From Euglena gracilis (lineage: Eukaryota): DNA of 64,000 nucleotides. A model generated the notes under the pieces. That model saw nothing but the letters and a program-made list of their open reading frames with translations, was not told the DNA's origin and did not search any database. The position numbers were made by a program, and so were the translations under genes. Positions 36,661 through 49,500 of this stretch are shown in pieces. The stretch is from the NCBI GenBank assembly GCA_039621445.1, contig CP154954.1:49207847-49271846 (forward strand), read 5' to 3'. Numbering within the stretch: position 1 is the first letter of the stretch; each line of letters starts with the position of its first letter.

Positions 36661-39600
36661 AATCAAGGCTGTTCCATTTCTGCAATGTTTAATCTTTTCT
36701 TCTTCCTTTCTTTCCATCAGTCTATTCAGTCTGGATCATTTGGGTCAAAGTTCAACAGGATTGGATGGTTTCACCTCATTTGACACCAAAAATCACCGTT
36801 TTCCCCCAAGGGAAACAGTTCTAAGCTTTGAGAAACGTGAGTGTTGTTTCAAAAACCTCTTAATCGCATTTCTTTGCCGTAGTTCTATGTCATTTTCATT
36901 TTTCAGAAAAGTTTTGGAGGATTTGGGGGGGATTTGGAGCCGGGGTGATTCTGTGGAATAAAACAGCACAGACGGATGGACCCAAAGTTTATGAGTGAAA
37001 AGGGAGCTCAGCAAGCTAAATTCAAAGAAGAAGTTGGGCTCAGCAAGCAAAAAATGTATGAAAATTCAAAATTCAACGCGGGAGGAAAAGGAGCGCCTGG
37101 GTGGTACATTAAATTGACAGCTTTTCGACATTGATTTGGTTTGGCTCGATCTGGGGCAGGTGCCTGCCAAAAGGCATCCCGAATACATACCACCAACAAC
37201 ACCCCCAGTGATTTCCATCCGAAAACGCTAATTTTCCCGCTTTGGGGAAACTTCAGAGGCCCATCAAGCACTGGGTTAACTTTGAGGAAAGAAGCAGGTG
37301 CTTCTGTGAAAATGAACACAAACGAGCCATCTGGCTTTCACAACAACACATATTTTTTTGTTTTTGTTTTTTGATACGATATATTTCTTACGGGTATGAA
37401 TCCCCCAGTTCCCACCGGAATGGCCCTGCCCACAGGGTCTGGTAAGACATACAGCATTATGGGGGAGGAAGACAGGGTTTGACAAAAGGATCTTTTTACT
37501 CGGGACCTGCTTGGGGACACAATTGACCACAGAACTGGGTGCTGCCTCCCCAGGTCCAAAAAAACCCCAGGGCAGGTGATTGGGTATCCCCCCATGTACC
37601 ACCCCCCCCATATTGTCCCCCCCCCCATATTGTCCCTCGGCCCGGCCGACGAGGGGTTTTTTTGGCTCGGTCAATGAAATTTCCTTTGGTACCCCCATAT
37701 TGTCCCCCCCCCCATATTGTCCCGTCGGGCCTCCTGGGGAGAGGTCGGTGGGACAATATGGGGGGGGGGGGTGGTAATTGAACCCCCCCCCCTGGTCATT
37801 GACCCCCTGGGCTGTTGAGATTGCATCCCCATAGTTGGCTCCGTGCGGAATAATGGCCATGCTACTTCTGGAGGTCGGGCCGACCTAGGTCGTGCCGACC
37901 ATTGGCCATGGCTTATCGACCTCTGGAGGTCAGGCCGACCAGGTCGGCCGACCCCCCCCTTTTGGAAATTTGAGGCCCCCCCCCCTCAAAAAATTTGATT
38001 CTCTTATTTCAATTCGAAATGAATGTAAACACATCTGAATGTCCTTAAAAACGTCAAAAAACGTCCCAAATTCAAAAAAAATTGTGGAAAACGGCTAACT
38101 CAGGTGAGATACATGACCAATGACAAAAATTCCTTTGGTGTGCAATGCCCAAACCCTAACCCTGACCCTGACCCTAACCCTAACCCTAACCCAGCTCTTT
38201 CATCCCATATTGAAAAAAAAAATTGAAAAACGCGAACTTAGTCGGCCTACGGCCTCCTCCGGGGGGGGGGGGGCGTAAGCCCCACCCCCCCCCCCGGACC
38301 CCCCGGTTTAAAATAACAAAATCCCCTTGTGTGTGCAAGACAAGGATGGCCAAAACGCGCGTTCTTTGTGCTAACTTAGTCGGATTTCAGTGACGGTCGG
38401 ATAGCAAACAAGTATCTTCTTTGAGGCCAGAAAAATTTTTGATGTGTGTAGCCGGCTGTTCAGAAACGTGATAAATTGGCCCCTTCAAGGTACCAGCTAC
38501 CCCAAAGAGCCGCCCAACTAGGGTTAATACACATGGGGGGACCCTCGCTCGGCGCCTCGCTCGGGTCCCCCCATGTTTTTAACCCTAATTGGGCGGCTCT
38601 TTGGGTTCGCTGGGTACCTTGTAGAGACCAATCTAACAACGTTGAGCGGGAAATGTTCTGCTGTTTGGATAAGAATCGTAACCCTGACCCTACTCCTTCA
38701 AATAACGTCAGAAAATCTTTTTTACCACAGGTTGATGCCATCAGGAATTCTTTTTATGCTAAAATTGCACTTTTTATGCTCCACAGGGTTTGGCCAAGGG
38801 TTTGGATGCTTTTGAAAAGGAAAACCATTGAGGTCGTTTCTATCGACCTTGTGATCGTCCCGACCTCCAATTGGTTTGGGCCGACCATATGGTCGGTAAC
38901 CCAAACAGGTCGGGCCGACCAGGTCGGCCCGACCTACAGTCAAAAGTCCTTTGAAAAAGGGGGGGGGGTAATGCAGTACAGTGGTGTTTTCTGTCGACCT
39001 CCAGAACTAGCATGGCCAATATTCTGCCCGGGGCCCCCATAGTTGGCCCCCTCTTCTGTTGGGCCAACCGACCGCGAAAAAAGTTACAGGTTCAAAAATG
39101 CACTTTCAGGAATGTTTTCCCCACAGAAATGTGTTTTTTGACAGACGATTTTTTGATCAGACGAGCACACTTGAGGAAGTTGGGGACCCAGATGCTTTTT
39201 TTGCTTTTTTGGATTATTCATCCAGATGTGGAATGTCAGCCCAAGTATGGGGAAAGTGACCCTCCTGAACTGTTGGGTCCAACTTGACCCCCGAGCTTGA
39301 CCCCCCTCCGCTGTTAGGCCCAACTTGACCGGTCAATAACATGAAGGGGGGGGTATTAACCCCCCTCCTCCCCGGGATATTACCATGCCTGAGAACTTGT
39401 CAGGGCCCTGCCCGGGAAACTTTTGGGTCCCCAGGAAGGGCCAATGTGTCATAATTTGGGATTTACTTAGCCGGACCCTCACGTGGGTCCAGCCAGCCAG
39501 CACCTTTTTTCCAGCCAACTGCAAGGCTGTACAGGAGCTCCTGAAACCCAATGTGGTGGGGGGGGGGGTCGACCCCCCACCCCCATCCTCAGGTATAGAT

Positions 39601-42600
39601 GGAAAGCCCATCGGTTCATATTGAGTTTGGTGAAATGTGTGAACAAAAATATGCAAAAATCCGCTTACCCCCCCCCCTCAAAGAGCACCGTCCAAAGTGG
39701 CCAAAAAATATTGGCAAATTTGGGTTTACCCCCCCTCAAACTTTTTCCTTCGGCACCAAAAGCGCCAAGGCCAAAATTGCCCCAAGAAAGCAATTTTTTT
39801 TTTACCGACTGGTGCCCCCGGGGGGGGGGGGTGAGTTCGTGGGGACCCAGAAATTTTTCATTGAAAATGGCCTTTTCCGGGCCCCCGGCACCTTCGGCAC
39901 CAGGGTCGAAGGGGGTGCCTGCCCAAAAACCCGACCCCCCTGGGGGGGGGGGGTTCGGATGGGTGCTCTTGGGTGCCTGGCACCCACCCCCCCGTGGGGT
40001 AGGCCCCAACGGAAAAAAGCCTGCCCCCCACAAAGTGTCCCCCCCCCAGCGTGGCCATTTTGGGTCCCACGGTGCCTCGAGGGTAGCCACTTTGGGGGTG
40101 AGGGCACATGCGCACTTTTCTTGAGACTTTTTTGAGACTTGGAAAACTTTCAGGAAGGCCTGGACCCTTGGACATTTCTTCAAACAGTGACTAAAAAAGA
40201 AATGGAAAAAGCGGCCCAAAGTGGCAAAAAATGGCTTGAAATGACCTCAACTTGCCAAAAAAAAAAATAAAAAAAAGTTGGCCCAATTGGCAAAGAAGGT
40301 CCACAGCGCGGAGGGGGTTCCCCCCAACCACCCCCCCCCTGGGGGGGGGGTCGGGGGGGGGGGCTGGTCCCGGAGGACCAGCAGCCCGACACCCCCCTGG
40401 CCCTGGGGGGTAAGGTGGGGGGGTATCTGCTGGGGTTCGATATGAGGAGGGTGTACGGGGTTTAGGTGGGGTGCCCTCCTGGGACCAGAGGAGGGGTCCG
40501 GACCGACCCCAGGGGCGTGCCCGGGACCCCCCCAAAAGGTCAATTTTTTCCTTCTGGCGCTTCGCACCGTAAAATTTTTTGGCCTTTCTGACAAAAAATA
40601 CTTGCCCAGAATGTGTCCAAAATGGCACATTTGCAATTTTGGGGGTCAAAAATCTCGGCCCAGCGCTTTATGCCAGACTGAAATCGGTCACCCAGACTGT
40701 GCCACAATTAAGTCGGGACCCCCCCCCTGCTGGATCGGAGGGGGATCCGACCCACCGTCCCCTCCCTCCATGGCAAGTTCCAAAAATAGCTAATTTTTTT
40801 CTTCCAGTGCTGCGCGCCAATAAATAAACAAGAAATGCCATTTTCCCTTCACTTTTGAGAATATTCCTGTTTTGCTTTGGTGTTTTTCTGCATTAAAAGG
40901 TTTTGAAAACCGTTCAAAAATGAGCATCTTTGGATTTATTTTCAAAGAGGAATCAGGCTTCGGCCTGGTATCTGGCTGGCCCTTTGCCAGTCCAACAAAA
41001 ATTTTCCTGGCCCCCTTCAGTTGGAGGGGGGGTGCGACCGACCCACCCACCCCCCTCTGTGTTGGGAGGGGTGGTCAGGACCCCCCTCAAGGCTTCCCAC
41101 ACATCCCTGCCCATCCTGCTGGGTGGGGGGGGACGACCCCCCCCCCTCACCAGGCTTTCCCGGGCTTCCGGGGGGTGCCCATTTAAAGTCAATTTTTTTC
41201 TTCGGCACCGAATAAATTTTCCCTTCGGTGCTGTAGTGGGTGGGTAGAGGTCAACCCCCCCCACCAGGCCTTCCGTACGGCCCTGGCCGGCTCCCCCCCG
41301 TGGATGAGGGGCTCGGGGGGTGTGGGCTATTGTGCTGGACCCGGGTTGTACCCCCCCCCCTCCCCCTTGACCACTGACCACCCCGTATTTGCCAACCCCC
41401 CCCCCCAATCGGGGGTTGCGTACAACCCGCGATTGGCGATGACCTCACAAAGCAGGGTTTTTTGGGGCATCGGGTCATACGACCCCCTGGTCGGGGAATT
41501 GCAGGTCAGGGGCTTTGTTGCTCCCCCCCCCTAGTTTTTCACATTGGGTGTTCTTCTGTGAGCCCCAGTTCAGCAAGCGTCTCTGAGGAAAAGGGGTGCT
41601 TGCCAGCAAGCCCAGAATTCTACAGGAGCCAGCCCAAATTTCAAGCTCTGCCCAGCAGCCACTGGGTCGCAGGGGGCAAGGGGGGGGGTCGAATTACTGG
41701 TGATTTGACCAGGTCGCCATACCATGACCACATCATTGTCGCTATACCATGACCAATGGTCTCCAGCAACCATCAAAAATCCCATGGCCAATTTTTCTGT
41801 TCTGCCCCAAAACCCCCCCCCCCCCCCGGGATGAACGGGAATAAAAACAGGAATTGCTGCAACCGTATTTGCCCCCCCCCCCCCCAACCTGCAGTCAAAC
41901 CCTGGAGGAGGGGTTCCCTGGCCTGATTCCCCGGTTCGTCAGTGCCATGATGGGGATGGCCCAGGACAAGCTTCAGGCAGACTCAACCCTCTCTGTGAAG
42001 AGCATGAACCTCCTTGGCATTTTTAATTTTTTGTTTTTTTCAAAAAGTTGAATTTTGAATTAAATAAATTAATTTTAAAACCACAAGATTAGTATTCAGT
42101 ATTCCACACCAGTGCCATGGAGGTTTATGGCCCGCTCACGATGGAGTACATTGAGATCTATAACGAAAAGATTCGTGATTTGCTTGAAAGAAGGAAACCA
42201 GGACAAGTTGAGTTAAGTGAGCTGTTCAAGAGACACCACAAGCTTATTTTTTCTAGTTTTTTTGTTAAATTTCTTATTTAATACTGTTAAAAAATAAGCT
42301 GCTGAAATTATATACATATGTGTATTTTTTAAAAATAATATTTTCTTGTTGACAGCTTCTGGTCATTGCCGTGTCAGCCACATCATCACGCCCTGTTTTG
42401 TTTGAAGCGCATGGACCAGACTTATTTTCAGGAAGCCCCCCCGGGGGTGTGGCAGGGGGGTGGGGTGAGGCATTTTCGACCCTCCACCAGGGGTGGGTCA
42501 CCGAAGGCACCAGGGCCCGAAAATGTCCATTATCAAGGGGGGAAATTGATTGGGTCGGCCTAGGCCAAGACCCAAAGGACCCCCCAGGGTATTTGCTATG

Positions 42601-43429
42601 CCGCCACAGGGGTTGGTCAAAAGAAGCCTGCATGGACAATTTGACCTCAAGTGCCTCAAGTGCAGTCAACTGTGGCAATTTTTAGATAAAATCGAATTTG
42701 AAAATTGTGACCAACAAAAATGTTTGAAATAATGGGTGGTGCTTTCATGCCCAGCTTGATTTACCATGAACCCCCCTCTAAATGACCCCCCATCCCAATG
42801 ACCATTTGGGGTGGGGGCCCTTTTGGGTGCGGAAGTCCCCCCTAAGTGAACCCCTTTCCCCTAGATGACTCTTTGGAGGACATGGACCAATATCAACAAG
42901 GTCAGAAGGGGTTGATGATAAATGAATAACATCCTCCCTGCCATTTGAGACGTTTTTTTTTTGTGGACTCTCTTGCGACCGGCCCTGCATGAAACAAAAG
43001 ACCACCGGGTTTTTGTGGAGGGAGTGTCGGTGCACACCATCTTGACACTTGAACGGGTGAACACACTGCTGGCCAAGGGTTTTGCACAGCGGCAGACTTC
43101 AGAAACAAATATGAACGAAAAGTCTTCACGGTCTCATGCCGTTGTTATCTTTCGCTTGGCACAACTCAGGGAACGTTGCCCGTGTTCATTGGAAATTTGT
43201 GGTATCAAGCCTCTATTTTGTCATCTTTTGATCTTTTCTGAATTTGCTTTTTTTCCAACTCGCAAAATTGGTCCCGACAGAACGAAATGATGGGGTGATA
43301 TTGGCACCTCCACCTCGCATCATAGATCCTCTAAGATTTTTGGATTTGGCAAATTAACAAACCAACCAACCAACCAACCAACCAACCAACCAACCAACAA
43401 ACAAATAAACAAGCAAACAAACAAACAAA

Positions 43430-43517
<88 letters not shown>

Positions 43518-46500
43518 ACACCACACCACACCAAAGCCCATCCAGCGTCAAAAAACAAGCTTTGATGATAATTGCATGTGAATTGCGGAAGAACTTGTCG
43601 GCCAGGATCATTTATTTCCTCTTGCGTTCTCGCGTCAATTTGTCAGCAATGTTGTTCACAAAAGTCTCGTGAAAAGATTACCCCTCCATTGTTTTGTGTC
43701 TGACCATCAATCCAAGCGTTGTGTGGGGCAGCAGTCCCTGGGGACAACCCACGACCCTCCCAACCCAGAAGCGCGCGACGTAGAGAGTACCATTTGTATT
43801 GTGGACCTTGCAGGCAGTGAGCGCCAGAGCAAGACTGGGTCCTCAGGAGACCGCTTTGAAGAGGCACGGAGGATTAACCTCTCCCTGTTGACCCTCAGCC
43901 AAGCTGTTCTTTTGAAGGTGAGGGCAACAACCCCCCCCCCTCCCCACAGGTGCGCAGGGTGGGGGTTTCATCCAGGGTAGGGGACCACCTGCCAGGTGTC
44001 CAGCCAGAACCACGTGGGAATACCCGAAACCCTGCGGGTGGTGGGGGGATCAACCCCCCCAACCCCCATCCTGGTGGGGGGTCGCACCCCCCCCCCCAGG
44101 CTTCTTTGTATTTCTGGGTGTGCATTTTTGGGTCAACGTTTTCTTTTGGTGCCAAAGGAATCTTTCCAGGGTGCATTGAAATGAAAATATCCAGTTTAAC
44201 CAAGCTGTGTCCCTTGAAAAAAATTTCGGCACATAACCAAACGACTATGAAGCCCTGCGGTTGGTGGTGGGGCAACAGGTTTAATAGTATTTTCTGAGAA
44301 AGTTTGCCCAGGAAGTGTCGCAAAAAATTCTTTTTGGGGTTTGTTTTTGTGGTACAATTTTTTTCGGCTCAGTGGCTCCCCCATGCCTAAAATGGTCCAA
44401 TTTGGCTTCCTAACCCCCACCCCCTGCCTCATTGCCCCCCCCCCCCCCCGGCTGTTGGGGCCAACATGCCCCCACCTCCCCAAGTTGCCCCCCCCCCCCC
44501 CGGCTGTTGGGGGCGAAATGTACCCCCTTTTTTTTTTTGAGGCAATTTTGGCTTGGCGGCTTGTTGGCCCCCCTCCCCCCTTCGTGTCACCCAACCCCCT
44601 TTGCCATAAAGCACCAGGGGGCACAAACCAGAAGGAAAATATAAAACCTGTTGTCGATGACAAGCTCACCCAGCCCCCAGGGTCCAGTACATGGCAGGTA
44701 GAGTGGGGGGCCTGCACCATGATTCACTTAGTTGACCCCAAAGCTGCCCAAGTTTTTCTGAAAATGCGCAACACTCCCCCATGAGAGGTTGACCCACCCA
44801 CCCACCCATCCTTTTTCAAAAAAAAAATAATTGTGCCCAGCATTCAGTGGGGAAGGCTGCACTGGCCCCAGGGTTGTATGGGAAGCTCCGCAGACATGAG
44901 GTAGGTGGTGGGGGGTCACCCCCCCCCTAGAGGGGTAAGGTGGTAGGGGGGGGTCCCTCCACCCCCCCCCAGTTTCGGAAGGGGGGTCCCCCCCTCCCCC
45001 CTCCCCCCTCCCCCTCCTCTGCAGGGGCAAAAAAAAATTTCCGGCGCTTCGCGCCGGGGGTGTATTTTAGGACTTTTTTGGAGGCTCAACATGAAATTTT
45101 GGCAAAATGGCCAAAAATGACCACAAATCGGTATAGGTGGGGTTGCATGGAAATCAAAGCACTGTTAGATAAGGCATTTTAAGGGCTTCAATTTAGGTAT
45201 TGGACATTTCTTTTGATTCCCCACCATTTTTGAGAAATTTCAGAAAAATTGACCTTTTGACTCCAAAAAGCGGTCGAAATTTTCGGCGACCGAAAACTGG
45301 AGGTAGGAGGGGGGTCCCCCCACCCCCCCCCTCCCAGTTTCGGAAGGGGGGTCCCCCACCCCCCCCCCTCGGAGATTCCCAAACAACCCTGACTGGCCCG
45401 GACCATGTTGGCCCCAACAGGCCAGGGAGCCTGCTTCGGGGGGGGGGGGGGGCATGTTCACTCTAATTGGGGAACTTTGGGGGTTAAAAATGACAAACAC
45501 ATTCGAGCGTTTTGCGGATCCCACTGGGGTCACCCCGGCAGCCAGCATGACCGGAGCATGACCGGTTGCTTGAGAATTCCCATTGCCCTTCAAAATGGCT
45601 TTCAGAAAACGGAAAACCCCTCTGGGTTGGCCGAGGACAGCCTGCCTTGGGCCGTGCGCTGAACTCATTTTCTGAAGGCAAGGGGCCACCGGGCACTCCC
45701 TCTTTTCGGCACTGTCTCGAACCTTGTTTTCTTTTGGTGGAAAAAGATGTATGAATCAGATTTGAATGTGGTGTTCATCATTCATTGTATTGATGGAGTT
45801 CAGCCCACCAGCAGGTATCCAGTTGGTTTGATTTCTGAAAAATTTTGCGTTGCATGAGCAGGGTGTGAGGGGTCGCTGCAAATCATCAATAGCAGAAGGT
45901 TTCCACCATTTCCCACCCCCCCTGGGGAGTATTTGCCTGGTTGCAAGGAGGGATAGCAGTAGATATTCATTTATCCAACTTTTTTTTAATGCGCTATGCA
46001 TTCACCACATTTTGTATGCATTCACAAATTCTTTTTCTTTTGTTGGTTATTTGCTCACCCACTGCACTGGCACTGGATAATGAGGGCAGTAGTGCAGGCA
46101 GATGGCATGGTTTTAGAAATGGACGGGTGCTGCCGTTGCGCGAGTCCAAATTGACGCGGTTGCTGTCTGAGAGTTTCGGTGGGAACTCGAGGACTTGGAT
46201 GCTGGCCTGTGTCAGCCCCAGCATGTACAACTACATCGAGACCGTCTCCACTTTGTCCAGCAGGCTCCGCAAACAAAGCTCTCCGGGCACGCTGGGGGAA
46301 AATGGGAAGTTCTGCCCTGGTTTCAAAAGGCTTGGGTTCCTTCCGTATTCGTTGAGCTCTGCTGCGTGCAACGTACGCGTCTTCGGCAAAGAACATCATC
46401 AACCATGCAAAGGTCAACGCTTTGCAGCAGAAGCTTGAGTTGCAGCCAGGCTGTTTTGTTTGAGGGCAAGAAGGAAGGCATTTCGGCCTCCATGTTCCAG

Positions 46501-49500
46501 AATGTGCTGGGGACATAGACGTACCCCCCCCCCTTTGCCCACCAACCACCCCTGAATAACGACCACCCCCCGGTTGGGGGTTGCAGGTCAGGGGGTGCGT
46601 ACGACCACCTCCCTGATCGGGGGTTGTCGGTGGCTTTGGAAACTGGTTTGTTTTTGGCATCTAATCGTACGACCCCCTGGTCGGGGGTTGCAGGTTGGGG
46701 GGCGTGTACGCCCCCCCCCCCTGTTGGGGGAGTAACTTGGGTGGCTTGACTCGCACGTTGATTTTTGCACTGCTCCCAAGCGCAATGTTGCAATCTTTTT
46801 GAAACCCGGCGGTGAAATCCACCCTTTTGCCCTTTGGTCCCACCGAGAACCTCTACAATGGCACGTTCATTTGGTGGTCTTTTTGGCCGGTGCACCATGT
46901 TGAAAAAAGTCCAAAACCCCGGGTTTGAACTCTGGGGCACGTGATTTCTCCCAAAAAGGGCCGTTGTGATTCCCCCATTGTGATTCCCTTGTTTTGAAGC
47001 TTTGACTGTTTTCCCCAGATGGTGCTACGCAGGCTGGGTGAATTTTGGCCCTTTTTGTTGCTTTTTTTTTTAGGCTGTGCGATGTCCGTGTGGGGTTGCC
47101 TGCTGAGGCGCCCAGAGGGTGGACTCTGCACACACGTTGTGAAAAAGGTGGAAACCCGGTGTGCCAGGGAGTTGTGATCCCTGGGTGCTTGAAGCGCGAG
47201 GAGCGGTACACTGGGAACCACCCAGGTAGAGGGGTTGGGGGGGTTGGATTGAGGGGAAGCACGTTCAAGCTCACCTATTGCGTATGTGCGCAATGGATAA
47301 CTGTTGCGCATGTGCGCATGGTAAACGGAAGCCCCTGATCTTATGGGTTCTCTCTCTGGCATGTTATGGTGTGTCAGGAGCAGGCTTGTGCTTAGTCGGG
47401 TGCCTACCCCGCGGGGGGGGGTGCTAGGGGCAGGCATCCCATAGCACCCGATCCGACCCCCCCCCCCAGGGGGGTACGGGGGGGGGTAGGGTTTTGGGGG
47501 GTGCCTGCCCCTAGCGGGCACCCCCTCCGACCCCGGCGCCGAACGCGCTGGGGGCCCGGAAAAGGCCATTTTGAATGAAAATTTTCTGGGTCCCCCCCGG
47601 ACCCCTATCCCCCCCAGGGGCGGTGTGCCTGCTAGGGGCAGGCACCCCATAGCACCCACCCTCCCCCCCCCGGTTGGTAAGCACAAGCATGGTCAGGAGA
47701 CCCTCTCTGCACGGCCAGTGTTGGGCTTGGTGAGGAAATTTGTTTCGCCGATAGAAATGCAATCTTTATACATACACAAGCGTGCCCATTGCGCAGATGC
47801 GCAATGAACATGTTAACGTATGAATTCTTATAATTGCCAAGTGCGCAATGATCACCCACATGTAGAATTAAAAAAGCTAACATCGCCGATGCGCAATGTG
47901 TTTCATTTTTTGTGAAAAGAATTGTTGTGCAACTGCACAATGGAGTCCCCTCGTTTCATTTCCTGGCGCTTTGGGTTCATGCACACGGGGCCTTGGCAGC
48001 CTGTGCCTTCAAACCGTGGTGTTCCAAGTCGTTGTTTTCGCCCCCAGTCCCGGGGGTGCAGGGTCACACCAATTCGGTGAACCTGGGGCCTCGGTGTTTG
48101 AATACAGAATTTTTTGGGACATTGCACATCGGCGCAAGCTTACAGTCACTTTCACAGCTAAATGCGAGTTAGGCTGCCTAACTTGTAGGAACCCGGGGGG
48201 GGGGGTAGGATGTATTGACACGCTGTCTTGGATGGGGAGTAATGCATTTCCCTGCACTTTTATTATCATCATCATTGGTCTTATATTTTAACTTTAACCC
48301 TTTTTGAGTAATAATTTTCATTTTCCTTTTTGGAGGTTGTTGTTTTCTGGAAACAGTTCCAAAATCATGCTGGGACAGCAAAAATTTTTGATTCATTCAA
48401 TGTATTTGACTCCAGCTTATGACATTAAATGAATTTTGTTTCGAACTTGGCCTGGCTTGAGTCCGCCTTGAGCAGGGGCCTATTTATATTTAAGCAGCAC
48501 ATGATGGCAACCCTGGCCACCCACAAAATTTGGAGTGTGCACGTAATCAATTCCCCCACTGTACGTGGTGTGTGTGTGTGTGTGTGTATAGATAGATAGG
48601 AAGATATGGATGTATTTGTGTGTTGGGGCCATATTTTTTTTCCATGGCAGGAAAAATCTGATATTGGAGATGTGGGTTGGTTACCAAAATGCCCTGATTG
48701 CAACAGTTGCGGAAGCAATATGCTCAGCTGGAAGAATTGTGGTCAAGGCGCACCCTTCTGCTTGCTGCATCTGATTTGTGGCCTCATTTAAAACAGTGCA
48801 TTGCACAGGCCCATCAGTCCTGTTGCCGATCTCAAAAACGCGCTCTCAAAATTTGCTCAGCCAATTTTCATTTTTTTTTTCAGGATTTTGATGGGCAACC
48901 AGCAGTTCTGCGATTGGGAGGGGACAGGCTCTACGGGAATCCCTGAAACCCCAAGGCGACCCCATGTTTCAGGCGAGCTGATTTTTAGGTCAAAAGTTTT
49001 CTTTGGCGCCGAAGGAATTTTCTTTTGCTCGGTTCTGCGGGGAGTCGCCCACCTCCCAAACCCCCAACCAGGCCTTCCCATTCCGCTGGAGGGGGGGGGC
49101 TTGTGCAAGCTCTTTTTCAGGAAGGTCGCACCCTCGGAGGGTGCTATGGGCAGGCAGGGGAGTACAACAGCATTTTTTTTAGGATTGGGACCCTGGGGGG
49201 ATTGGGTGGCAAACAAAAAGAAACTGTGGCAAATGCAAAGAAAAAATTGTGTTGCAGAAAAGTGCTGTTGACACGGGGGGGGGGTGTCAACGACACGCCG
49301 TGTCAACAACAAGGGGGGGTAACCCCCCCCTCCCGGGAGAACCACTCAGCGGCTGGGGCATCGGGCTGAGTGGTTCTCTGGGGGGGTTACCCCTCCCCCT
49401 TGTTGTTGCCACGGGATGTCGTTGACACCCCCCCTGTGTCAACGGCACTTTTCTGCAACATATTTTTTTTGGTGAAATATGAGAGGTCCAATCATGGAGG

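Larger units (their letters stand above)
37470..41909 (+). other. Nonconventional (non-GT-AG) intron, 4.4 kb, with 11-bp terminal stem
   Basis: AGA-CAGGGTTTGAC ... GTCAAACCCTG-GAGGA; a perfect inverted repeat at +4/-6; interior filled with nested repeats. Confidence 0.85.

Noticed and set aside
38151-38192. Chromosome end
   Set aside because: Only ~7 imperfect hexamers, located inside an intron.
43157-43748. GGCACAAC/GGGACAAC as a preserved TSD around kinesin intron 5
   Set aside because: The 7/8 match is offset by one base from the register required to keep the reading frame; scored 2/8 instead.
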